Part shown: piece after piece, positions 1 to 11,713 of the stretch | Layout: the number at the start of each line of letters is the position of its first letter | Position numbering within the stretch: position 1 is the first letter of the stretch | Assembly: GCA_001938485.1 (NCBI GenBank) | Contig: MQRK01219232.1 | Span: forward strand, 1-64,000 | Direction: 5' to 3' | DNA from: Girardia tigrina | Lineage: Eukaryota | Length of the DNA stretch: 64,000 nucleotides | The notes under the pieces: generated by a model | Seen by the model: the letters and a program-made list of their open reading frames with translations, nothing else | What the model was told of the DNA's origin: nothing | Database searches by the model: none | Position numbers and translations under genes: made by a program

Positions 1-115
1 TTTAATTAGTAAGAATCAAAGAAAATATCAATCATCCATCTGTGTAGGAGAGGCACAATCCGAATCAACATTCTACATGCACAATATCAATACACAATTC
101 AAAACATTCCTCACA
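1..115. mobile_element. LTR terminus (...ATTCCTCACA) running off the window edge, interrupting the host Gypsy integrase C-terminus
   Basis: The integrase tail (F*IGDEVLV, minus) stops at a TG/CA end at 115. A related segment with the same end (ccatctg.gt.ggaga...attcctcaca) is at ~51258-51357. Confidence 0.5.
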
Positions 116-1695
116 ACTAGTACTTCATCTCCAATTTAGAAATTTCTTCTGGTTGTTGTGTCTTCTTTTTCTTGTTGTAACTTTATGTCTTGACTATGCC
201 ATCTGTCGTGTTCCCTCCGTTTCAAGATACCTTCGTTGGCCCAGAGCCCCCATCCGCTTTCCTGAGTTAAACGGCAACTGACGCTTATCTTACACCTTTT
301 CCTACTCCCCTCGGTGATTGCTCTCTGTCTTCTTACTGCTTATGGGAACAGACGCGTCTCCTCCGCGCACATCAAAAAGTTGTGTGTGCATCGGAGCGCC
401 TTCGGATGCAAACCGGTAGCGAGTATTGCCCGACCGGTGGTCTCAGCTTCCTGAGGGGTCGATGTTTTTATCCTTTACTAACATTATTCTAAGCTTTGGG
501 CTTCCATTTCATGTTGTGAACGAGAAGAGCCTCAAGAAAATAAGCGACGATCGAACGACGTGCCCTTATGCATTCTATGGTCGACCTGCACCATCTCCAA
601 AAGGGTTCCCGTCACTGTTAATGTTTTCCTTAATTAACGAGATTTTTCTTTTATTCGGCTTCAACGTTACCTTGAACTTCCAACTCGACTCGGAGTCATA
701 ATCAACGAATTTTAACCTTGAATTTATATTGGTATTATATTGTGACTCTGAGTATTACTACATGACATTCCATATTTCTTGACTACAGTTTCAAATTTAA
801 ATCACTTTATCTCTTCTAATTTGATTTTGATTTATGAATGTTGTTATTTGTACTTTTCGAATTTAAATTCTTGTTATTTTATATTTCCATTATTAATTAT
901 TTATTAATAGTCTGTTTTGTTGAATGAGTTATTTTAGATTCAGAATATTCGGTTTCTCCGATCTCGTATTCATATTATTTTATCTATATCAACGGGATTT
1001 TCCTTTTTATATTACTTTATAAAACTGGATCTAGTATTATATTTGCGCATATCGATATTATATTCTAATTATATTATTATATTCTAATTATATTATTATA
1101 TTATTATATTATAATTATATTATTATATATTATTATATACAGTGCTATATTTATTATCATTATTCATCGTCATTATGCAAATCATTCGGATCCTCTATAT
1201 GCAATATTTACAAAGAATGTCTCTCTCCTATCTTGGTCCTCTTCATAACGAAAATAATAAAACTTTATATGGGTAAATAGTGGTTTTATTATTTATTTCT
1301 TTTATTACCAGTAGAAGTTAATAAATTTTGAATAGTTAAAATAAATTAATAATAGAAAATTATTTAGATAATTTCAAAGGATAAAGTTTGATCATTTGCA
1401 GATTGCTTATCACATATTGAAGAAAATTTATTAAACCATCAAATAAAAGATATTTTATTTCCATAACTTGGATAAGTCGATAAAAGAACGAGTTATATCC
1501 CAGAAAAATTCCACCTTTTTACCGAAAATATCTTAGATAGAAGAAAATTTATTTTGAATATTTTCATTATTTTATTACTCCCTAATGATAATTGTAAAAT
1601 AATGAATAATAATAGTCTATCAATTAAGATTTTTTTTAAATAACATCCTTGTTTTATTTCAGTAGCGAGAATTAATACTGCATATAAAACACAAC

Positions 1696-4600
1696 TCATC
1701 CTGAAACGCGCACACTCTCACACATACACGAAGCACAGTAAGGGAAAAATTGTTGGAATTTCTCTTGTAATTTGTTGTAATGTTCGTCGATTTCTTGGAG
1801 ATGATACTCATCCTGTAATTTCGTCAGAATCGCTTCACAATCCTGCCATTTTGATTGATTTGTATTGAGAATATTCAATAACACAGAAAAATCACATATT
1901 TTGGTATCGTTAAAAATCTATCCATGTGTCACACATAAAACTGATGTAAAATCGAGTCTCGGTTTCTTGCTCCAAACTCACGATTTATCACTCGACTTGA
2001 TTCATCGATCTTCTTCAAATCAAACGGTAAGCCAACGAGCGCTTGTTCCATCACCATTTTCACAGTCTCATTCAAATTCTCCTTGATATTATCTCTCACA
2101 AACCACCCAAATCTCGACAAATACTCGTGAAATTGCAGATAATCTTGCCTTGACGCGATTCGCATACCCGCTTTAATCGATTTCATCATCATCAGAGGTT
2201 TATTCTTTTCTCGTATACCGCAAACGCGAGACACTGATAATCAATATTGCCCGGGGACAAAGTCAATAACGGCTGGAGAAATCGGATTGCCTCTTCAAGC
2301 GGCGCCTGTATTCGGACTAATTTCCACCGTCGATCTTTTCTTCAACGGCTTCCTGTTCTTCATTCTTCTCTTGGGTTTTCATTTTCTGGATTTGTTCCCT
2401 CGTGTCCTGCTCTTGCTGTTTTTTAATCGCCTCTTTTTCCGCTTTCCTCTTCTGTCTCCTCTGCTCACTTTTCAACTCTTCGCCTCTCCGATTGATAAAT
2501 TCTCCAAAATTATCTCCTCCTCTCTGGTCTCTTTGTTGATCGGGTGTTCAAATAAATGTAAATAAACTTCAATCGCAGTTTTCGCCGCCTCAAAATAGAT
2601 TCCATGCTGTCTCAATTGATCCTCAGTCCTCAAAAACTCGATATGCGATCTAAGAGTCGTTTTTCTCAAAAAATACGAATAGAAATCGAACTGATAATCG
2701 ACCATCATCAGGAAATGTTTACTGACTTCATGATATTTCTGAAGCGAGTCGGCATACCGATGTAATTTCTGACAAGACCGGACCATCGTATTCAAGAACC
2801 ACATACACGGCATCTCATTCAAATTATCAATCGATCGCATTCTTTCCCGGGTGAATTTCGCGGTCATCTCTTCGGTATCGGGAAACCGTCCCGACTCCAC
2901 CAAATATCTCGTACAAAGACAATTTACAAACTGATCGGCCGTGTCCAACGATTGCGCTTCATCGTAATTGCCGAGCAAGTGTTGTGCCACGACATAACCC
3001 AACCACGAGGCCTTTTGTGTCGGATGTAACTGAAACAATTGGCCGCGAGTCTCGAGATAACCGTCGAAATTTCTCATTTGGGTTTGCAGTAGCGATAAAT
3101 CATGAAGAATTTGAATGTTGTGTTTGTCCATTTTCAATGCTCGCAAGTAACATTTAATGGCCTCGTCGTATTTGCGATCGGATTTCTGTACGAATCCGTA
3201 AACGTGCCAACAAATCGAACTGTTGATGTCGTTTTTGATGCCACGCTGGGCACACTCGTACGCTTCGTCTCGCTTGTCGGTACAGCTCAAAATCAATCCT
3301 TTGATGGCCAAAGTTTCGCCACGTTCGCAGAATTTTGCGTTTGAGAGAATTTGTTTCGCTTATTTTAGACCGTTTTTAAATTGTTTTTGTTCGTAACTGT
3401 AGTGATTCAAAATCATAATCTATATTTATAAATATTGAATATATACTAAAATCTGATATTTTTTATTTATAAATACTATTGCCGGAGTCTATACAACAAC
3501 GATACAAAATCAGAAAATTATTCGAAAAATTCCCCCAAAATAATTAAATCCATCAAATCCAATCATGGAATTTCTGAAAAAAACAATTATGATCACTTTG
3601 TTTAAATGTTCTTTTTGTTAAATGGCAATTGGAAAATAAACAAATATACAATTATTTTTTGAATTGAATTTCATATAGATTTTCAGATTTTTGAAAGTCA
3701 TTCGTTAATTAATTTNNNNNNNNNNNNNNNNNNNNNNNNNNNNNNNNNNNNNNNNNNNNNNNNNNNNNNNNNNNNNNNNNNNNNNNNNNNNNNNNNNNNN
3801 NNNNNNNNNNNNNNNNNNNNNNNNNNNNNNNNNNNNNNNNNNNNNNNNNNNNNNNNNNNNNNNNNNNNNNNNNNNNNNNNNNNNNNNNNNNNNNNNNNNN
3901 NNNNNNNNNNNNNNNNNNNNNNNNNNNNNNNNNNNNNNNNNNNNNNNNNNNNNNNNNNNNNNNNNNNNNNNNNNNNNNNNNNNNNNNNNNNNNNNNNNNN
4001 NNNNNNNNNNNNNNNNNNNNNNNNNNNNNNNNNNNNNNNNNNNNNNNNNNNNNNNNNNNNNNNNNNNNNNNNNNNNNNNNNNNNNNNNNNNNNNNNNNNN
4101 NNNNNNNNNNNNNNNNNNNNNNNNNNNNNNNNNNNNNNNNNNNNNNNNNNNNNNNNNNNNNNNNNNNNNNNNNNNNNNNNNNNNNNNNNNNNNNNNNNNN
4201 NNNNNNNNNNNNNNNNNNNNNNNNNNNNNNNNNNNNNNNNNNNNNNNNNNNNNNNNNNNNNNNNNNNNNNNNNNNNNNNNNNNNNNNNNNNNNNNNNNNN
4301 NNNNNNNNNNNNNNNNNNNNNNNNNNNNNNNNNNNNNNNNNNNNNNNNNNNNNNNNNNNNNNNNNNNNNNNNNNNNNNNNNNNNNNNNNNNNNNNNNNNN
4401 NNNNNNNNNNNNNNNNNNNNNNNNNNNNNNNNNNNNNNNNNNNNNNNNNNNNNNNNNNNNNNNNNNNNNNNNNNNNNNNNNNNNNNNNNNNNNNNNNNNN
4501 NNNNNNNNNNNNNNNNNNNNNNNNNNTATTACCGGTCGATTGCGTCGCCATGGCGATCGAGCGCGCGTGGAACAAGAACAACTTCAACCGCAACTGGGAG

Positions 4601-4717
4601 GACAGTCTGTGTCCCAAGTCCGACGTGATCGAAGAGGCCACCAAAGTAACATTTGACAATTCGATTGAATAACGACAAATCTTTGTGGGGTAAAGTACTT
4701 TTGATTTGATTTTTCAT
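1696..4717 (-). pseudogene. NAA15: NatA auxiliary subunit (NAA15/NAA16, Nat1) pseudogene with frameshifts, an in-frame stop, an internal deletion and an insertion
   Basis: STLPHKDLSLFNRIVKCY (4717-4646), YEQKQFKNGLK*AKQILSN..GETLAIKGL, CWHVYG, DEAQSLDTAD, LNEMPCMWF, QFDFYSYFLRKTTLRS, PLEEAIRFLQPL and C-terminal FPYC all match NAA15 motifs. No introns are seen in the visible parts. Confidence 0.9.
3398..4645. mobile_element. Insertion in the NAA15 pseudogene flanked by 5-bp direct repeat GTAAC; mostly N-gap
   Basis: GTAAC at 3393-3397 and 4646-4650. Removal gives the uninterrupted codons AAA TGT TAC GAA (KCYE). The left end is TGTAGTG and the right end is a degenerate CACCAAA. Confidence 0.6.
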
Positions 4718-6651
4718 TGTTTCCTCCTTAAATTTTCGCAAAAGAGTGTCATTTCATTTTTAAACATGCATAAGTTCCCAACATTGTAATTTTAAAATAT
4801 TAGTTACTTTTATAAAAAACAAAATATTATTTCACGTTCTCATTAAGACTGAAAACAAGAATATCATTTAACCCATCTTATTTCGTAATTTTTAAATAAA
4901 GTAAAGTAATAAAAAATAAAACATAGGAACTAAAATATAAAACTGAATATTATTAAACGATGGGTAATCTTTTTACAAATAAATTTAAACTTATTTTAAT
5001 TTCATTTTATCCAACAGTTCACCAATACTTATTACTAACTAAAACTCGATAAGAAACCAAACTATTATTTTCAAAATATGTCCTTTGCACATGTTCTAAA
5101 TTCGGACAGTTTAATGTTTCGATATTATTTAAAGTCTGTCAACGAAAAAAATTTTCAGTAAAAAAAATCTAAAAGATTTTTTAAGTAAATTTCGTATTAT
5201 TAACAATTTTACTCGCATTAAAACAAAATAATCAAAGGAAATTCCTTAAAGTTCATCCATTAATTCTTTCCGCTTTTATATACAAATATATACATGGGTT
5301 CTAGCGATCGTTACGTATCATATCTTTTCAAACTTCCTCTTCATTTTGCAATTGATTTTTTTTAATTTTTATTTGATTTGTTCTATTTTAGAATTTACTT
5401 TTAAAATTTTTATTTGTTTGCAACTATTTCTCACCATTATATACTCCTCAATTATAGTTATATTTTATATACACAATATACATATTACACTCTCTCTCTC
5501 TCACAACACGACCCTCTGCATGCCTAGCTCGCCACCTGTCTTAGTTCTGTCCCTTCTCACTCCGGCTTCTGTACGGTCAACATTAACGTTGAGATCCTCA
5601 ATTCTCAAGGAACCTTCCTTCAGCATCGCTTCGCAAGATAATAGACTCGATTAAGGACCAGTGATGGTTATTTAACAGACAAACTTTAGATAATCGAATA
5701 AGAGAACAAGTAAATTAAATGAATAAGTACTCAAATAAGTAGATTAAATGAATAAGTAATCAAATAAGAAATAAATAAAATATATTCGAGTAGCACAAAT
5801 ATTTGTAAACATTAGGATGTGATAAAATTAAATATCATTAACACAAAATATTAATATAAATAATAGGATAATACTTAAATAGTAAACAGATAATCGAATA
5901 TTACTTCGAGAATTAGGAGTCGATCCGTTTAAATTAAATAACGTAAAACTGGATTCAGGTTAAGAATAGTGTGAAGAATTTTTATGCAAATTTTGGGCTT
6001 TTCAAAAATTGTGTGTGTTTATGTATAACCATTCTCGGGTATTTATTCCCTACAGGATGTTATTTGCAAAGGCAGGATGAGGGGAAAAACGATTTCCGTC
6101 ATCACAATGTTAATTGCAAGTAAATTAATTGTTTCAGAATAATTTTTTGATTAATTATTTTAGATTATTTTAGATGTTGCTGCCCTGCCGGATGCCGGTC
6201 AATTACGAATTGATAATTATCGCTCGCCGGCAATCGAAACAAACGGCAATAATCCGAGACAGGATGTGAGGCGGAAACAGGGAGGAAATGATTGCGAACG
6301 TTTGCAATCGACATCCTGGGTAATTACTGGCGTCTAATGATTGAAGGGTAATTTATTTTATAAATCAAAGTTTTTAACTAATTAAAATTTTTTTTAAAGG
6401 ATTTCGAAAGGTTCTACAACAGGTCCCAACAACATCCTCCGGCCACTTCGGGGTCTACGATCACCTTCAAGACGCGTTCATAGATCCCTCCAGACCTCGT
6501 CACTTTGTTGATGCACGGGACACTTAAACGTAACGGGAATAGTCGAGTTTGACTATTCCCAAATTTCACAATAATTCCGTGCTCACGAGGTGGTGTAGTG
6601 GATGGAGGGGTCTGACGGGCGGTGTCTGTCGTAATACTCTCGATCGTAACA

Positions 6652-7554
6652 CATCTTTCTCTGTATATTTTTTTTACCGAATATAATTTCCGCTGGGCTC
6701 TTCCCTATTGTTTTCTGAAAAGTTGCGTTTAATGTGAATTCTATTTCCGGTAGTAGTTCCTCCCAGTCTGATCCTTTCTTTGTATGCAACGATGCGTTTA
6801 AATATTCTCCAATCGTCCGAAATTGTCTTTCTACTATTCCATTCGTGTTATGATGGTACGGACTCGAGTAATACATTTTTATATTCATTGATTCTGCCAT
6901 GTCTTTGATTACCTTTGATTCGAATGTCTTCCAACAATCTGTATGTATTTCCTTCGGTGCTCCAAATCTCAAGATCCATGTGGTCATTATGGTGTTTTTT
7001 ATGGTTATTTCATCCTGCTTGCTAATAGCTGTCAAAGATATGTACCTACTAAACTGATCTATGATTGCAACAATATACTTTTTTCTTCTCCAAGTCTCCT
7101 TTAGTGGTCCATATATGTCTATGTACACTTTCTCAAATGGTTCATTTGCGACCAATGTCACCCGTTTTTCCTTCATAGTGGTCGTTAATGTTTTACTTTT
7201 TTGGCATGCTTCATATTGTCAAATTACTTCTTTTATTCTTTCATTCCGATTGATCATGTCATAATTTTCTGCCATGTATTTCGTGACTTTCTCTGCGTCT
7301 GCGTGCGACAATAGCGTATGTATTTGTATGATCATTTCTTCTCTTTTTGACTTTGGTATCCAAATCTTCCCCATGTTTGTTCTTATTATGCCGTCTTCAA
7401 TCGTAAGCTTTCGATCTTTACCTGAACTTGGGTCTCTTTTAATTTCTTCTTGTTGATATTTGAATATCTGCGATGTGTCCAGCACGTTGATTCTTCGAGT
7501 CTTTATCTTCATCATTTTAGCATCTTCATGAGCCATTAAGCATTGTGTACATGT
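6652..7554 (-). pseudogene. Gypsy integrase (HHCC remnant + rve core) of the host element
   Basis: PFEKVYIDIYGPL, IIDQFSRY, FGAPKEIHTD, SPYHHNTNGIVERQFRT and SPAEIIFG; upstream IHTLLSH..C. Confidence 0.92.
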
Positions 7555-8129
7555 GTAAGAAAAAAAATAATAGCGATTCGAAATAATTGTCGATTGCCTA
7601 TTCTTTTTTTTCTTAGTAAGGAATAGAAATATCTAACAAATTACAATTTTTCGTAAAAAATATCCTTACTGCAATTTATAATAATAAAAATAAATAAAAA
7701 TTACCACTTCAATAATAACTTTATTAAACTGAATTTACAACATTTACACTGCAGTGTTATAACATATACGGTATTTAATCAAATTGTTTCTTAATTCGCT
7801 TTTTCTGTTTTATTAAAACAACGATATAAATTCTAATTTAATCCAATGTCATTTATTTCTAATTATTAAATTTGCATGATGTTTGACTATTTATATTTGG
7901 ATTAATAATTATTTTGAAGTGACAGAAATTAATGGAGTTGTTATTTGCTGTCACAAAAATTCGGCTTTTGAATAAAAATTTTTTATCAATTAATCCAATG
8001 AGACTTGGATAACTTTGTGATTGATCTTCCATGGAAACCAAATGTTGATTGAAAAAATATAAAGTTTATTTTTGTCATTAAGTTTTTAAATGGAAAAATG
8101 AAAGTAAATTTCGATAAAAAAAATGATTC

Positions 8130-9636
8130 TGAAATTAGTAAATTTGCGTTGATTTATATTCGGAAATCTCTCTCGGGAATTAATTAGACTTTATTCGATC
8201 AATGTGAATTTAATAACATTTTAGTCATTAAAATAATTATCCAATAATTGTAAATACCATCTATTCTCCGGATGTTTGTGATTAATCGTCGACAAATACG
8301 AATACAATCTGCATTGATTAAAGTATATATTTTGTATATATTTTTTGTATATATTGTATATATTTTGTATATATATATTTTTTGTATAAGGTTAAATGAA
8401 AGTTGGAGTCTGAGTCGGACATTTTAAAAACAAAGGAGTCGGAGTCGGGCAATTTTAGTCCGACTCCGCAGCCCTGGTTTTATCCTTCTTTGGTGCGATT
8501 CAATCCATTGTTTTGGCTGTTGTTTTGTTTTGTGTTGTAACTTTTGCAAGAATTCGTTGATCATCAAATCTTATTTTTTTATGCATGAAATTATGTAGAT
8601 GAAAATTTTAAATGTAAATTTAATTATGTAAAAAAATTTTATACGCAAATATTTTCTATGTAAATTTTTATGTGATAAAAAGCGTTAACAAAAAAATATT
8701 TATTTTAAAAAAACCGTATATATTTTGTATTAAAAAAGTTTTTCATGTTCCTTCTATTATTTATTCTGATAATTGATCATTATAAAAACGTTTTCTTTAA
8801 AAATTTGAAAACACATTTGATAATTTAAATTTTTTTAAAACGTTTTCATACTATTGATTTTAAATCACATTATTGGAAAATTGAATGAACAATAATTTAA
8901 ATTTTATATAATCAATTTTGAAAACAAATATTAGTTTTTGTTTAAATGTTTTGTTATGTATATTTTCAGATTTCAATGATTACAGTTAGAGTGCGTTGTG
9001 TTTCATTTATTGATTATTTATTATCAAAAATGATATATTGCAGTATATTCCTTTTATAACTGCCTAAAATAAAGATCTTAACGTAACTGAAAAGTACCTT
9101 TAGTTCCTTTGTTACAGTAATAAGATTACATTAACAAATTCGGTTAAATTAATTGACTTTTTTGTCTCTTTATGTAACGTCTGTTATTAACTAAGTCATT
9201 TATCTAATACAAAATAAATCTATTGACGTTGTGACTTCATTAATAATTTAATTAGAGACGATTTCTAATATAATATTTGCAATAAATTAGAAAGTGGTTA
9301 TTGATTAATTTAATTTAAATCAATCAATATTAAATTGATAAATTATATAATTATTACTTTTTAAATTCATTTTTAAGCAACTAAATAAGATTTATTTGAT
9401 TAAAGAACCAAAATTAAATCATATTCGGGTAAAACATGATTATGAAATTAGTAAATTTGCGTTGATTTATATTCGGAAATCTCTCTCGGGAATTAATTAG
9501 ACTTTATTCGATCAATGTGAATTTAATAACATTTTAGTCATTAAAATAATTATCCAATAATTGTAAATACCATCTATTCTCCGGATGTTTGTGATTAATC
9601 GTCGACAAATACGAATACAATCTGCATTGATTAAAG
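8130..9636. repeat. ~195-bp direct repeat pair (about 8130-8325 and 9444-9636)
   Basis: Identical text gaaattagtaaatttgcgttg...gcattgattaaagt at both positions. Confidence 0.9.
8404..8476. mobile_element. Single terminus of a hAT-type non-autonomous element
   Basis: GGAGTC subterminal repeats and the end CCGACTCCGCAGCCCTG. The partner end was not found. Confidence 0.6.
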
Positions 9637-9751
9637 TGTCGGCGATAATGGACATGGCGGATGTTGTTAAAAAGACATAAAAGACATTTTCAATAATTTT
9701 GCTCGATAAAATAGCCAGTTCATAGAAACCTGATAAATTACCGATTTTCTT

Positions 9752-10796
9752 TGTAAAAAAATGTGATAAAATAAAAAAAAACTAAAGTAAATAAATATTC
9801 TACAGATCACAAATAAAAATGTAAAAAAAAATAAAACAAATAAATACCCTACAGATCACGCGAATCAAAATCACACGCCAAAAAAAACAAATTATACGTC
9901 ACAAACAAAAAATGTTAGCATAAGCTCTCTATAAAAAAAATTAGATCGTACAAAAAAAAATAAAAAGTTTATACAATAGCCCCCCTTCAGAAGTGGAACG
10001 TATACTAAGGGGTATTATTTTTAAATTTCGATGACTCTGTAAACCATTAAATGAATTAGATATTACTTGTGCTGTGTTGTTATCAAAGATGGTTGCTTTA
10101 AAAGGTCCATTAAAACGATTCCCAAAAGTAGACGGCTTGTTTATTTTTACATATACATGTGCGTCTTTGGTTTGTATGCTCGGTGAGTCAGAATTAATGT
10201 GTTTAAAGATTTTTATAAACGTTTTTTTACCGCACATTCTTTCTAAAGGTAAAGTTACCAAATTGTAATTAGGTTTTAACCGTAAAAGATTATCCAACCA
10301 ATTGGAATCGTTCCCTTTTAAGCGTAGAGATTGTTTTAGATACCTATTAAAGATCTCTACTTTACCATTAGATCTTGGATTGTAGGGAGTTGTTCTAATT
10401 TTTTTTATCCCGTAGGTCTTGCAAAACATTTTGAATCTTTCNNNNNNNNNNNNNNNNNNNNNNNNNNNNNNNNNNNNNNNNNNAGGACCGTATCGACATA
10501 TCCAATTTTTAAAAATTACATTGATCATTTTATCTGTAGAGATCTCTTTGACAGCTATTGCTTCAAACCAAGAAGAAAATCGGTCAATGATGGTGACTAT
10601 ATATTTTTTATTTCTGTTAGGTGGGAGGGGACTGATAATATCTACATGTATTATATCGAAAAGTTCGCCGTCTTCTAATTTTAAACATTTAATTCGCTGT
10701 CTTCCCTTAGATTTTTTTTATTACATTCAGCGCATGAATTTATATAATTTTTAACGTCTTTGCGCATGTTGTACCAACAGGTATCTCTATTTTTTT
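9752..10796 (-). mobile_element. 3' end of a second Gypsy family: integrase, PPT and short 3' LTR
   Basis: WYNMRKDVKNYINSCAEC, IHVDII, IIDRFS, TTPYNPRSNGKVE and a GPF motif. The PPT GAAGGGGGC is followed by TGTATA at 9975 (LTR about 9752-9975). Confidence 0.82.
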
Positions 10797-11713
10797 TACA
10801 TGTTCCAAAAATTTAATTTCCGTTTTTAAGATATGGTACTTTTCCGGATTAATTCTTAAACCTGCTTTCCCGATTTGGTCCAATACTTTATCCAAAGTTT
10901 CGTAATTTTGTTCCAACGATTTTGAAAATATAAGATTGTCATCTAAATATACCACTGTCTGTTCTATGCCTCCGAGCACCTTTGTCATGAGTTCCTGAAA
11001 CGTTCCCGGTGCCGCTGCTATACCAAACGGCATTCTATTGAAACAAAATTGTCCTAACTTTGTGGAAAATTCTGTTTTTAGCTTTGAATCTTTCTCTAGT
11101 TCGACCTAGTAGTATGCATTGCCTAAATCAATTGATGTGAAGTATCTGGTTCCATACAATCTGTCCAACATTTCTGTCATATTTGGCACAGGAAATGCCT
11201 AACTCTCCGTGACTAGGTTTAGCTGTCTAAAATCCAAGCACATTCTAAAATCATTCTTTTCTTTCTTCCATACACAAATCATCGGTGTATTCCATGGTGA
11301 AATAAATTTCTTAATAATGTTGTTTTCCCACAAATTCTTAATAGTCTCGTCGATCTTTTCTTCCAGATTAACTGGTTGCCTATGTGGTCTAAGGTTAATT
11401 GGAGGTCCTTTCGTGTTTATTCTACGTTTAATCATCGTCGTACATCCGATATCCCATTTATCCGCCATAAAAACTCTTTGATGTTTTTTAACAATATCCA
11501 CAATCTTTGGTTTATCTGCAATTTTCATAATTTCCATGGCTCTTTTGAATCTTTCTTCGTTTGTAACCTTACGTCCAAATTTGGCTTCTAAGTTACATAT
11601 TTGATAAAATTGTTCGTTCACATCATTTTCTTTCTTTTCCAATGTAACTCGATTCCAAACGCCATCTGCAGTTCTATTCCTCCTATTATGTCTGGTTTTA
11701 CTTCATTTACTAC
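10797..11713 (-). pseudogene. Gypsy reverse transcriptase of the host element (stops present, RNase H missing)
   Basis: SPWNTPMICVWKK, RMCLDFRQLN, IDLGNAYY, RMPFGIAAAPGTFQ and VYLDD. Confidence 0.95.

Larger units (their letters stand above)
204..6651 (+). mobile_element. Large LTR-type insertion (probable solo LTR plus nested cargo) with CATC target-site duplication
   Basis: CATC|TGTCGTG at 200-210 and CGTAACA|CATC at 6645-6655. Removing it restores host integrase IYRERWHSQDIK...IGDEVLV. Confidence 0.8.

Noticed and set aside
204-767. Stand-alone 564-bp solo LTR TGTCGTG...CATGACA
   Set aside because: No matching TSD at 768; the CATC TSD and integrase continuity point to 6651 as the partner end.
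3709-4659. Long ORFs made of X residues (also 12895-13910 and 54681-55693)
   Set aside because: Artefacts of N-gaps.
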